From NCBI GenBank assembly GCA_951406725.2, contig OX597823.1:23312001-23376000 (forward strand): DNA of 64,000 nucleotides, written 5' to 3'. This document shows, one piece after another, positions 49,010-62,550 of the stretch. The position numbers and the translations under genes were made by a program. The DNA is from Octopus vulgaris. Its lineage: Eukaryota. Numbering within the stretch: position 1 is the first letter of the stretch; each line of letters begins with the position of its first letter. Under the pieces are notes generated by a model. The model made no database searches and was not told where the DNA came from. It worked only from the letters and a program-made list of their open reading frames with translations.

Positions 49010-49830
49010 TGAAAAAACAAGTCAAAAATAGAAAATGCTAAGATGATTTTATAGTGAATCTTTCAGTACCGGTTTCGATCATTTTGAGACCTTTTCAACT
49101 GTAACGATTAAATAATTAAATTTAGAAAAATTTAGAAAAATTAGAAGAAAGGTTTTTTTAAAGGAATACTTCCATAGTAGTGTTCAGATATAGGTGGCAT
49201 TCTGCCTTTCTCTGACTCCCTTGTTTGCACTTGTGTATTCGAGGTCGTTGTGAGTTCTTGAGGGGGTGGGAGTGGGAAAATCTGGGCTGGTCAGTGGCGA
49301 CTGGCAGTCGCTGCGTAGGCGTTATACTTAAAGACATTAGTGACAAGGTTAAGGGGTAGAAGGTGGAGAAGTAGAAGAAGAAGAAGAAGATGACGGTGCC
49401 GATGATGATGACGATGAAGAAGAAGAAGGAGAAGGAGAAGATGACGATGATGATGGTGGTGATGACGATGACGACGATGATGATGATAATGATGATGATG
49501 AAGAAGAAGGGGAAGAAGAAGAAAAAAACCAGAGAAGGGAGAATATGAATGGGTGAAGATATAGCTGTGATGGGGCGATTAGTAATGGATTCTATGGAAT
49601 GTAATATTTGTGTGTGTATATATATTTCTTTTATTCTTAAGTTGAGGTATATTAATTGTTTGTCGTAGACCCGTTAAGAAGTGGCCTGTATTTTATAATA
49701 AAGAGATTTTCTTTACTTATTCGTTGTCTCGAGGTTGTATCGTCCCTAAATTGGTAGAGGGGGAAAATTCTGAAGTTTGGTGTTTTTTTGTTGGCGCAAG
49801 TATCTATCTTGAAATGTGGCAACATATATT
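49010..49830 (-). mobile_element. Penelope-like element 3' end
   Basis: IDTCANKKTPNFRIFPLYQF...RISKENLFIIKYRPLLN resembles the GIY-YIG C-terminus; pLTR with hammerhead fold abutting (TA)n. Confidence 0.7.
49062..49104 (-). ncRNA. minimal type-I hammerhead ribozyme motif, U3:A8 variant
   Basis: TTACAG-TTGAAAA-GGTC.TCAAAAT.GATC-GAAA-C.CG.G-TA-CTGAA; palindromic ACCGGT; GUA triplet. Confidence 0.65.
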
Positions 49831-50190
49831 CTGCTTCTTGGAACAGAAAGAGAATCCAGCCCCACTTTGTTTCAAAAACATGAGTGCTTAGTCTAATGAA
49901 GGATTGTAACTCTGAAACTCTTACTAAACAAACTGCAGCATACTCAGCAACAAGGCTCAATCCAAAGTTATTTGCCAGTCAAGGTTATACTAATGTAGGT
50001 AACCTATCTGCTGGTATATCTTGCTAATGGCCTATTAGGTTAGAACAAAAGTCCTGTTGCATTTAAATCAATGAAAACAACCCTAAAAAAATTGAATTAA
50101 AATTGAATTACAATAGTACATGCAACATGATGAAGCCTCAAACTATTTGCTAAGGTTATTTCACTCTCTCTCTCTTTCTCTTTCTCTCTC

Positions 50191-50247
<57 letters not shown>

Positions 50248-50759
50248 TTTCTGACAATACATTAAAACCTGTAACAACTAAATTCTTATTGTTTATAGTC
50301 TGTCACACTGTTATGTTATACAATATTTAACTGCGTAAATACTATATTCATGCACATACACACATGTACACACACACCTAATGCATACACACACACACAA
50401 TGCACCCCCCCCACACACAATGTATATATATATATGTATGTTTCGGCACACCAGCACATTTGGTCAGTTTCCTTTTCTTTCTCACAATCCAAAAATGCAT
50501 CTCTTGTTAGAGTATGCATTAATACTTGGGACGTTATATAATTGTTTATGTAAGTTTTCATTTTTTGAAATATTTCCCTTTTTCTTTCCTTTTACTTTTT
50601 GTATAATTTCAGCCAATAATGTCATATTTTTAAATATAATTAATTCACTTAATATTGTGCAAGAACTGTATTTTTTCAGAGTACTGAAATGCAATTAAAC
50701 TTTGATTACTTCATGGCTATGAGAAACAGAAGTATCTTCAGATACCAGGGTCTGTTTTC

Positions 50760-51370
50760 CTATATAGTTTTAAGTTTCAAACTCTTAAAGGAGAGAAATG
50801 GGGAAATCTGCTCTGATTTGCTGGAAGCATTCAAAGCCAATGGAGACAGGTTTTTTACCAATCTGGTGATGGGGATGAAATATAGATATATCTTTGCAAT
50901 CTAGAATTGAAGTTGCAGTCCATGAAATGAGATCATACCTTTTCCCCGAGGCCTTAGAATTTAAAGAGCCAACAATTAGCACAGAAAGTCAAGGTAACTG
51001 TTTTTTGGTATGACAGGAATGACTTTTACCTTGATTTTCTGGAACATTCCTGTACTGTAACAGTGAGCAATATAACCATCCACTATTCAGTTAATTAAAA
51101 GACAGTTTTCAAAGAGATTGATTTGATGACGTAGATTAGGAGAAAGTGACTTTCAAGAAGTGGGTACAACAGTACACACCTGAAACATTTCAAAAATGAT
51201 TCAAGTGTTGGGTTCAGCAATAGTGCAAATACATTGCTTGAGATAGAGATTATGCTAAACAAATAGTTTTGAATGGAGAAAGAATTACTCTACCAACATC
51301 TGCAATCTGAATGACTTACATCAATTAATAATAATTACACCCATTTTTGCATTACATTTGTTCCAACCCT
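50760..51370 (+). mobile_element. highly decayed mariner fragment
   Basis: ERNGEICSDLLEAFKANGDRFFTNLV.GDE; KV.VTVFW remnants. Confidence 0.55.
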
Positions 51371-51456
51371 TGAATTATCTTTAAAGATAAAATTTACAGC
51401 TGAAAAATTTTATGGTCTATTTATTAAAAAGTTCTCATTATTTTCTGAAATTTCAG

Positions 51457-51486
51457 TCTGTCCTGAATATTGTTTCGCTCAATCAG
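51457..51486 (+). CDS. 30-nt microexon (end of signal peptide) of the PAN-domain gene
   Basis: tttcag|TC TGT CCT GAA TAT TGT TTC GCT CAA TCA G|gtaaga; phase 1-1; C-F-A|Q-S fits the (-3,-1) signal-peptidase rule. Confidence 0.6.
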
Positions 51487-52741
51487 GTAAGAACATGGTA
51501 TTTGTTGATATTTTTTTATATCATAATTTGTGAACAATAAGCCTTGTTAATTACAGATTTCAAAAAACTTAATTACTTTTATACTACATTTATGATGATT
51601 AGGGTAGCAATAGAGTGCCACTGGTATTTCAGTTTCTCACTAATAGTTACATTCTTTGTTGATATATATGAACAAAAAATATACACATGTATATGGTGCA
51701 CAGTTTCCATCCACCAAATTCCACTCTCAAGATACTAGTCAACTGAAGCTCAGTATCGAAAATACTTGTCCAATACGCAGTGCAGCAATATTGAAACCAA
51801 CAATCCTGTGGTTGTTGTGCAAATCTCTTGATTACACAGTCATGGCTTCAAATACTTCATTTGATAATTTAAGGATTACCGGCATGCCAGCAATGTTTAT
51901 TTTTTTATACTAAGCTTTTCTATGGAGTATATCCATAGGTTTTGAGCTGTCAATGCTCTAGTGAATTAGTTAAATTTACTATATACTTGAGATAGTTGTA
52001 AATATGTGTTACCTTTATTATATAACCTCACTGTGGACAGTAAAAGAGAGATAGTAAATGACTAATTATTGTACCAAGATATTATGATTAAATAAAATTT
52101 CACCCTAGGTGGGTGGTAACAGTTATTATATCTAACGACTTATTCTGGTCAAAAAATTCGAAGGAGCCATCTTCATAAAAATAATCTCTTTTTTTTTTTC
52201 TCATAAAAAGTATCATTTTTAATAATTAAAATTTCTTAGCTTGCAACATTGTAGATGCTCACATTTACTGTAAATTAATATTAATTCACTAGAAATGATG
52301 GAAGTGAAAATGTCTTCAGTTTCTTGGGAAAAGTATTGCAAAATCAACTAAGTGATAGGTTTTGCCATGACTAGCTATATTCAGTTACATCTGCTTACAT
52401 TTTGCATTCAAATCCTACTTGGATGTATTTTCATTTTCATACTTCTGAGGTTGATTTATTCTGAAATATTCTCACTGCAGAATTATAATTATTCTTGTTG
52501 TTAAGGGTGATGAATTCACAGAATCATTAGAGCAACAGACAAACTGTTGTGGTATTTATTTTACTTCTATGTTCAAATCCTGCTGATGTCAGTTTGGTCT
52601 TTCTAGAGAAATAATATACCAGCTAAGTATAGGGTATAATTTAATCAACTAACTCATACCTAAAATTTTTGGCCAGCTATTTATGTTTGAAAACATTGTT
52701 GCTGTTACTTTTCATTACTCTAAATTTTACTTTTACTCCAG

Positions 52742-52981
52742 ATCAAGTGGGCACTTTTGTGAAAATAAAAAATGCAATTCTGGATGTTACTGAGAAAAAG
52801 TTAGCGGATGGCTATATAAGAACAGCAGATGCCTGTGCAAAAAAGTGCATGGCAGCTCGAATTTGTTTATCATTTGAAGTAGTAAAAGGAAGAGGAAGAT
52901 GTTACATATCACAGGAAAGTGCAGGAAACACCAGGAAACTAAAAAAAGCCAGAGGAACAGATTACCATCAACGATTACTAC
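52742..52981 (+). CDS. PAN/Apple domain exon 1
   Basis: tccag|...|gtaatt; phase 1-1, 240 nt; TADACAKKCMAARICLSFEVVKGRGRCYISQE...TDYHQR (C-x3-C...C-x-SF...C PAN core). Confidence 0.85.
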
Positions 52982-53276
52982 GTAATTATTCTTTGCATTT
53001 TATTATTGAGTTCTCTTTCTTCTTTTGCCAAAATTTATGATCTTATTGGTACTTCATAATATATATGAAACAACTTCTGTAAAGTCATTGACAGGTTTAC
53101 CTATAAGGACAGACATAGACATCTTTCAGCAAAGAAGCAAAACTAGGAAATGTAAATACTGCTAGGTCATTCTCATACAGCATTTGTTTACCTTGAACAC
53201 TTTCATGTACTTTTCAATTGTTTTACGATGTAAGGAAAGCAACTCTATTTTTCACCAACCTGAATTATATAGCAGC

Positions 53277-53307
<31 letters not shown>

Positions 53308-53327
53308 ATAGTAGTAGTAGTAGTAAT

Positions 53328-53386
<59 letters not shown>

Positions 53387-53636
53387 ACTGAGAGTATTTA
53401 GGGCCCTCGAGCATAATTGTTCACCGGGCCCCTTAGCATTGATTTAGTAGAGTTAACATGTAGAGTGGAGGTCCCTCAGAACTCCAGGCCTTTGGGCAGT
53501 GCCTGATTGACCGATGGCTCTGTCCACCCCTGCCTTCAAGCCTATGCACAAGTAAAAGTCCACATTACTGTTCTGTTTTATCTGGAGATGTCAGGCATAG
53601 GGAAATGATCTGCACTGCATAACGTAAAGTTTACAC

Positions 53637-53675
<39 letters not shown>

Positions 53676-53836
53676 GCACACATATATACGATGTACTTCT
53701 TTCAGTTTCCGTCTACCAAATCCACTCACAAGGCTTTGGTCGGCCCGAGGCTATAGTAGAAGACACTTGCTCAATGCCACACAGTGAGACTGAACCTGAA
53801 ACCATGTGGTTCGTAAGCAAGCTACTTACCACACAG

Positions 53837-53895
<59 letters not shown>

Positions 53896-53897
<2 letters not shown>

Positions 53898-54732
53898 GGG
53901 TGTGATGAATAAACTGGTGTCTAAATTACGCAAAAATGAAAATAACACTGACATCTATTTTGACAGATATATTTTACCAAAATTACATAAAAATATCTTG
54001 AAATTCTAAAAAGTAAATTTATTCAATAAAATTGCCTTCAACTACTCCCTTCAGACAACTTTGGAATCTCCTGCATCTTTTCTGGATGGTATCCTTGTTT
54101 AAGTTGGTGAAGGCTGCCATAATCCTCATGTTCAGTTCATCTTTGGTGTTACAAGGAGTTTTGTTGGTCTCTTGCTCAACTGCACCCCACACATAATAAC
54201 CAAGGGGGGTTGCAGACTGGGCAGTTAGGTGGCCAGATGTTAGTAGTGATGTGGTCACAGAAATTGTCTGACCTGCTTGTGTGGCATAGAACAGAGTCCT
54301 GTTGCCAGACATAGGGTCTTCCACCAGGCATGTGACGTACCTCTGCCAGGCATTTGATGTAGGCCTCTGCATTAAGTGTGAGGCCATGGGGGAAGATGAA
54401 TGGAGGCATAACGTCACCATTGCTAGAGATCACTCCAAACACCATGATGTTGACTGGATGTTTGATTTTTATCACTGTTGGTACATGTCCTTAGATTGAC
54501 ACCCAAACACTCTGAAATGTTCGTATTGGGGCTTCCAGCACGAATATTAAGTAGTACAGCATGTTGTTTCCAAATTTCTAGCAGAGTGAATTATGTCATG
54601 GTGCTGTTTTTCTCACAGACGGTGCCCAACTGACCCTATTATACTGTGTAGTCCACAAAATCAAAAACAAACAATGCACATGTTCGAAATTAAAAATATA
54701 AAATGGCGACAATTTACCCATCTAACCCTCTG
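53896..54732 (-). mobile_element. DD37D (maT-like) Tc1/mariner element, deleted
   Basis: TIRs CAGGGTGTGATG / CATCTAACCCTCTG; IMVFGVISSNGDVMPPFIF...VWQQDS...WPPN.P.CNP..YYVWGAVE; related fragment at ~29950-30150(+). Confidence 0.82.
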
Positions 54733-56286
54733 CGTGTGTGTGTGTGTGTGTGTGTGCATGCGTGCACGTGCATGCATGTGTGTTAATAAAATCCCACATA
54801 AATCATGGTACGACATTAAAATGCACACACACACACACACACACACATATATTGTTTATTGTATTCTAGATTTCATCTGAGTTAGTGCTACATACTAATT
54901 TATAAGCCCTTTTGCAATACCTGAGAATATTTATTATTATTATGAATGCTGCAAAAGACCAGTTTTAGCTATTGAATGTGCTGAGCCATTGTGTAGTGCC
55001 TAAATTACCAGGATTTGATCTGCTATATGAACTATACTTTCACATACCAAACATCTTCATTCCTGTCTTGGCATTTATGCTATCTACTTCAGCTGGCAGT
55101 AGACTAGAACCATCCCCGGGGAGTGATGAGGCTGCTGAAAATGGATCCAAAGAAGGGGAGCATGACAGAAAATTTCAGTCCTACAACTCTGTTCAAAACA
55201 GAGTTATAGATCTTGGCAATGCTGCATACTCACCAAGAAGTTGGTGTTTGTCAATGGCACTGTTTAGCATTGAACACTTTGTCTATCAAAGTCATCTGTT
55301 CTGTTGGTCAATCATTATAGAAGGCTTAATAGTTTTGTTATATATTAGGTTTGAATCTAAAATTTTAATAACTGTGATGACCTCTTTTTCTTTTGGGCAT
55401 TCCTTATTCTTGATAGTTCTACATGTAATTCAGTATATTTTGAGATCTTATCTATTTCTTTGTCTGCAATGTTTCTGTCAGAAGGATTTGTGATGTCCAT
55501 TTTAAGGCATTGCTTTTTTATATTTGATGTCATGTATGATAATATCTAGTTTACATGGTTCAGTTATTCTACCATGATGAATGTCAAACTCCATAGAATT
55601 TTTGGTTTAAATGATCAATTTATAGTCCTTACTGCTACAGAATTATACTAACCCACCTGAAGCTTTATACACAGATTTTTACAAAGTGACCAGTGCAAAC
55701 TGAGACAAAGATCATCATGCCACTGTTTGTATTCTTTCTGAGCAAACATTTTACAACTTGCTACAATATGTTCATTATTTTCCACCAGCTCATTATATAG
55801 GTGTTATTTACTTGTAGTGGTGCAATGCATATTTGTATTTATAAGTATTTAGTTTTTTACTATGTGTAGCAGCCTCACACACCTGTTCAGTGTTTTCCCA
55901 CTAGCTGACAGATACCAAATGGATTTTCCAAATTTGCCAATGTGGACATGGGCAAACTACATTGGATCATCTAGATTGTATCTTGATAAAGTATTCTGTA
56001 GGCCAGTAGATACCGGTAATATAGGCTATTCACAATTCAAAGTTGTTGGTTACACAAACCTCGAATTTGTGATCTGTACGATTTACTTGGTTAGGCTGCA
56101 TACACAAGGACCCATTTATTGTTCCTGTCTATGACTGTGTCTTTCCCAGTGTACCAAGTTTATGGAAGTAGGATTAGAGAACAAGTTAAAGGGGAAATCA
56201 TTAACAACCAATGGTGGGTAGTTTTGAAAAGGGGTGTTAGATTAGAATTGATATGGTTTAGTAAAGAAATAGTGATAGAGAATTCT

Positions 56287-56421
<135 letters not shown>

Positions 56422-57018
56422 AGTTAGTAACCCAGAAAATGTACTTACAAAAGACATTGCAATAGATAAGCTGGCAGCAAGATTGGCCCCTGACAAAATC
56501 TTCACTACTAAGTATTATAGCTGCATTGTCAGATGCAGGGTGCATGCTCTTAGATATGAGAAAATGAAAGTCATTTGATGGGCCCAGGTAGCAGAGGTGC
56601 ACTATGGCAACAAAGCTGGAATTTGGTTTCCATTGATCAGGAAAAGCATATACTACATGATTCCAAGCAAATGTGTACAGCTTTTCAGAGGCATTTTGCT
56701 TAACAGTTAGGAGAGGATGGTGGCTTTTTACTATCGACCTTGATGACCTTCTGCAGTTCTCAACTGTGGATGCAATATTCTTCAAATGCATGATAACAAC
56801 TGACAGGATACAGGAAGTGATGGCTGGCTGCATGAAAAAGAAGTCACTAGGGCTTGATGGTCTTCCACAAGGACTTAAACTTCATATTCCGCCAGGGTTG
56901 ACTTAGCTTTTCATCCTTTTGGAGTTGATAAAATAAGTACCAGCTGAGTACAGGGGTCAATGTAATTGACTTATCCCCTCCCCACAAAATTTCTGACTTT
57001 ATACCTATAGCAGAAAGG

Positions 57019-57078
<60 letters not shown>

Positions 57079-58574
57079 GATATTATTAAGTGTGAGAACA
57101 GCACATGCCATCAAAGTGACACTGGGGTACAAATATACAAAAACCCAATCATGACTATCCATCTGATAAGAGTAAACCAAGCTCATGCATCACAACTATA
57201 TGTGTGCTACATGGTGATCTCATACCAAGATAAACAGTGCATGACCTTTCATGAAGCATCCAGTTAGAATTTTCCTCAGGTCAAGTCACCCATCCCACTC
57301 AAAAGGTTCCTGAATAATGTTTGTTTAAAGATGATGAATGAAACACCGTTGTTTCCAGAGGTGAATTATTAAAACTCCAAAGAATTCCTCTCAAAACATG
57401 GCTATGGTGCTCGACAACTACTTCTGGTCATGAGCAGAGATGCACATATCGTCAGCCACCAAGGGACATGCTCAACTGGTTAAGATAAAACAACTGACAA
57501 GCAAATCTGTGGTATTGAGCAGAATAATTGCTATAGCCCGTCTTTTATATGAAGACAAAGCATGTATGTGATCACACTTTGAATCAGTTAAGATCAAATG
57601 CCATGAGTGCCAGTGCCTGGTGCTGCATCAGGGCATTATTATTATTAAGGCTCACAAACTGACAGAATCATTAATGCATTCAGACAAAATGCTGAGGGAC
57701 ATTTCTTGCAACTTGAGATCAACTTTGCATATAAAATAAGGTATTGGCCAAACACTGGGACTGATGTCACTGACTTACACCCTCCCCTCATAATTGCTGG
57801 CTTTGTGCCAAAATTTGAAACCATAAGGCTGTGAGCTGATAGAATTGTTAGCATACTGGACAAATTGCTTTGTTGCATTTCCAGTTTTACGTTCTGAGTT
57901 AAAATGCTGCCAAGATCAGTTTTGCTTTTCATTGTTTTGGGGTCAATAGAATAAATACCAGTTGAGAATTGGGGTCAATGCAGTTGACTAATCTCCCTCC
58001 CCACAAAATTTCAGGTCTAGTGCCTACAGAAGAAAGGATTATTGTTATTTTATAAGTATTTTTAAAATTTAGATTATTATGTCTTAACATCATATAATTG
58101 AAATTTTGAATGAAATATTAGAAAGCAATCTGGTGCATTATTTTTTAAATGGACAAGTTATTATACTTACTTTTCAGTGTAAGACATCTTCTCAGAATTT
58201 ATGTGAATTCTAGTACATCGTGAAACATACTCAAAACCTCACCTCAGTGTTTTAGGTTGTAGATAATCCATGTATACATCCCTTCCTGATGGTGCGATTT
58301 TGTTTGAGGCTGAATGGCCATAATGACATTTAACATATTAGTTGACAATCTCTTTAAAATAGTTTTGACCCTAGAAAAACACACTATCAGAAGAAGGATG
58401 TAACAATGGATTATCTGCAATGTAAATACTCTCAAGATGCACTAGAACTCACATGAGTTTTCCATTAAAAAAATTATACACCACATGCACCACATTTAAT
58501 GCATGTGTGTAACATTTTGCATGTGTGAGTGAGAGTATCACATGCATTTCATGTTTTCTTTTTTCTTTTTCCAG

Positions 58575-58808
58575 CCTATGATGATATTTATGTATTTAAA
58601 GGAGCTAGCATAGCTTATCAGAATAATTTGAAGCATGCTAAGCCAGTGACCTTAACGAAATGTATAGAACTTTGCCATCAAGATAAAAGATGTACTTCTT
58701 TTGAGTATAGTAAAAAAGTTCAGTCCTGTGATATGAGTAATGTGACTCACTTGACTCATGAACTTTCATTAGACAATGGAGACTGGAATATTTATATACT
58801 TAATCCAG
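58575..58808 (+). CDS. PAN/Apple domain exon 2
   Basis: ttccag|...|gtcagt; phase 1-1, 234 nt; VTLTKCIELCHQDKRCTSFEYSKKVQSCDMSN...WNIYI; gene continues beyond this exon. Confidence 0.87.
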
Positions 58809-59444
58809 GTCAGTAGAGTGTTTTCATTCTTTTTATTGTATGCATGCAAGCTTGTACATAAGTGTCTGTGTATATTTATATATACATATATCTTTTATCG
58901 TCATCGTCGTCATCGTCATCTTCGTCGTCATCATCATCATTCAACATCCATTTTCCTTGCTGGCATTGGCTGAGAGCTGACAGGATATGGTGAGCCACAA
59001 GGTTGTACCAAGTTTCAGAGTCAGCTTTCTACACCTGGATTCCTAATGCCAACCACATTACAGTGTGTACGGGTTGCTTTTTGCATGCCACCAGCTTGCC
59101 AGACAGAAAAGGAACGGGGAAAAGGGAGGGGAAAAAAGCTTTTACTAAGGGTTGGGAGAGAATCTGAGAGTAAGTGGTAGCTTTATGCCAAGTGTTTGAA
59201 GGGTTAAAGACTGACAGAGGGCCAAGCACAGGTATCTTGTTATAGAGGAGATATATGACTACACCACATTATATAGGGGTGGGTGGGAGTAGTTGTGAAA
59301 GAGATAAAAGAAAGTAGTGATGGTGTGCCAGAACAAGGTACAAGAAGATGAGCATGAGGGGATATATACAGTGGATCATAGAAGGAGAGGAGAGAGGGGA
59401 TATTTTCATAAAAGTGGGAGGAGAGAGTGACAGGTGGTTAGTGA

Positions 59445-59662
59445 CAGGCGGCGAGCTGGCAGAAACGTTAGCACGCCGGGTGAAATGCGTAGCCGTATTT
59501 CGTCTGCCATTATGTTCTGAGTTCAAATTCCGCCGAGGTTGACTTTGCCTTTCATCCTTTCGGGGTCGATAAATTAAGTACCAGTTATGCACTGGGGTCG
59601 ATATAATCGACTTAATCCGTTTGTCCTCTCTGTGTTTAGCCCCTTGTGGATAGTAAAGAAAT
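59445..59662 (+). mobile_element. tRNA-derived SINE with 13-bp TSD; inverted partner at 59900-60066
   Basis: TSD AGGTGGTTAGTGA at 59432 and 59663. Confidence 0.88.
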
Positions 59663-60571
59663 AGGTGGTTAGTGAGGAGGAGTGACAGGTAGAGATGAAT
59701 TTAGTAAGGGATGAACAAAAGTGGAGTGTGGTTTATGGGCAATGTGGTTTATGATGAAATGTTAGGTGGGAGAGATAGAAGTGGCTTAAGAGAGCTAGAT
59801 CAGAGGGTAGGAGGATAATGTGCAAAGTCAACAAGTGTTGAGGGGGTTAACGAAAATAAAGACCATGATAAAATAGATAATAAACTAGTTACCATAATGT
59901 ATTTCTTTACTACCCACAAGGCGCTAAACACAGACGGGACAAACAAGGACAGACAAACAGATTAAGACGATTACATCGACCCCAGTGCGTAACTGGTACT
60001 TAATTTATCGACCCCGAAAGGATGAAAGGCAAAGTCGACCTCGGCGGAATTCGAACTCAGAAACGTAACCAAAATGATAACAACCATGAACATCGAGCTG
60101 AACATGTAAATAGTGGAAGGGAGGCAACAAATATGATACTTAACTTAGGTGAACCAAATGTGATAAACCTTGGACAGGATAATATGCAAACTCATAAGTA
60201 TTGCCTATTTGTAAACCGTAGTAGATTTTTAGATAAAAATATGGAGCGGGTATCTAATTCTCATCCTATTAGTAAAGGTAGTGCTAGTATCAATAAAATC
60301 TTTGTAGTCGTATCAAGAAAGTCTGCTCTCTTAATGCACAATGATGAAAAATATTGTGTACAGGTGTTGGTTATGTCAGGTTGAATTTCACACTTTTATA
60401 TTGGGATGTGCTCAACTATCTTCAAGGTGATCTTAGCTAATCATCTAATTTTCTTCAAGGATTGAGAGAAAATGCATAGCACAAGCCTAAGTGGGTATAT
60501 TTGGTTCCTAAAGGATAAAAACACTAACTTTGATATAAAATAGAAAATTATAGGTGGGCAGAGCCTTACAT

Positions 60572-60610
<39 letters not shown>

Positions 60611-61167
60611 TAGCCTTTAATGTCTGTTTTCCATACTGGCACGGGTTGCATGGTTTGGCCAGAGCTGGAAAGCCAGAGAGCTGCACAGGTTCAAATTTGA
60701 TTTGGCTTGGTTTCTATGGTTGGGTGTCTTTCCTAATGCCAACCACTTTACAGTGTAGACTGGGTACTTTCAACATACCACTAGTATGAGTGTCCTTATG
60801 TGGTACTGGCATGAGTACATTTTTTGGGGTACAGGCAAATTGGTGGTAAGAAATGCAATTTATTCCAAGAAGAAATATTCCATATTTTCATGTCCAAATA
60901 CCAGTCATTAAATAGTAAACAAGAATTATCCTAAACTGTGTGCACCTTCAGAGAAGAATATTCAAATATTTCCCAAGAAAAGATTTTTAATTATGTAAAT
61001 ACCACAAAAATTGGAGATGCTAGAGTTTACATGATAAATATTAGTGTAATATTTAGTTTGCCTATATCCTAGAAGTAACTCTTCTTCAAATAATTAGTAT
61101 TTTCACATGCAGAACTTCACATATGAAACATTTTTATTCTATATTCAAATCTAAGTGGATGTTATCT

Positions 61168-61217
<50 letters not shown>

Positions 61218-61222
61218 GTACG

Positions 61223-61254
<32 letters not shown>

Positions 61255-61259
<5 letters not shown>

Positions 61260-61736
61260 TTGAAACAGCTAAGACTCTACTCCCTGGAGAGAAGACGGGA
61301 GAGGTATGCAGTAATATATGTCTGGAAGATCCTGGAAGAAATTGTGCCAAATTTTGGCATTGTAAGCTACACCAATGCTAGAACGGGACGATACTGCATA
61401 GTGCCAAAGATCCCAGCAATGCCATCATGCTTCAGGGCCAGCTTCTGCAACAGCCTGGGTTTCAAGGGCCCACAGCTTTTAAATTTTCTCCCAAAGAGTC
61501 TGAGGAACTTGCACAAAGTAGATGTAGTGGTTTTTAAATCAAAGCTGGACATCTTCCTGTCAAGAGTCCCAGATGAACCTACCTCACGGCAAGAGGTGCA
61601 AATGAGAGTAGCTATATCAAACTCCATTCTTCACCAAGTGCCACATATTAGACAAGGTTCTTCGTAATAATAGTGTAGCACAAAACGGCGATGCATCAGC
61701 ATGGCCGCAGCTCTGAGCTGAAACTAGAGAGAAAAA

Positions 61737-61808
<72 letters not shown>

Positions 61809-62550
61809 ATATGTATATATATATATATATATATACATATATACGAGGACAGGCGAGGTCCCTCCTGAACCTCATCAACACTCTGTACATGGAGCAAGTA
61901 ATACTCCAACCAACCAGGGCAGGTAACATACTGGATCTCTGCTTCACAAATAATATGGATCTCATCCATAATGTGAAAGTGACATCGACACTACTCTCGG
62001 ATCACAACATGGTAGAGCTGACCATGTATGGGCCAAGGAAAAGCATGGACATGCAGCCTACAAGAAACTCTCAGAATCTTTCCAGTTCGAACTTCCATAA
62101 GGCAAACTGGAAACAAATTGAGAAAGAGATCCTCAAACAAAACTGGCCTGAATGTCTCTCCTCATCAGACATTGACATGAAACTTCAACAATTCAGGTCT
62201 GTAATGCAAGCCATATGCTACAAATGTGTCCCAGAGAGAAAGGCCACTGTACACAAGAGCAAAATCCCCAGAGAGAGGAAAATTCTAAGGAGACGGCGTA
62301 CAAAAGTTTCAAATCGCCTAAACAAATAAATTGAAAGCAGTGAAAAGTCCTGCTTGAAAATAAAACTGTTGGAAATTGAAAAATGTCTGCAACTCTCCCA
62401 TGAAAAAGAAAGAGCAGACAAAGAAGCCTGGGCTATAGACAACATAAAATCTAAACCCAGAGCTTTCTACAGGTATGCCAAAGAAACAGCTACGGTGCAC
62501 TGTAGGATACGGCCACTCCTTGAAGAGGACTTCAGCTTCTTTCGCACCGC
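61255..62550 (+). mobile_element. two CR1-group LINE fragments separated by (TA)n
   Basis: 61255-61725 LRLYSLERRRERYAVIYVWKI...GPQLLNFLPK (3' end); 61845-62550 [14 protein letters not shown]...SDHNMV...NFHKANW (APE C-terminus and linker). Confidence 0.85.

Noticed and set aside
60067-60384. Possible further PAN-gene exon
   Set aside because: ORF begins in a SINE, lacks the Cys pattern and has no good acceptor
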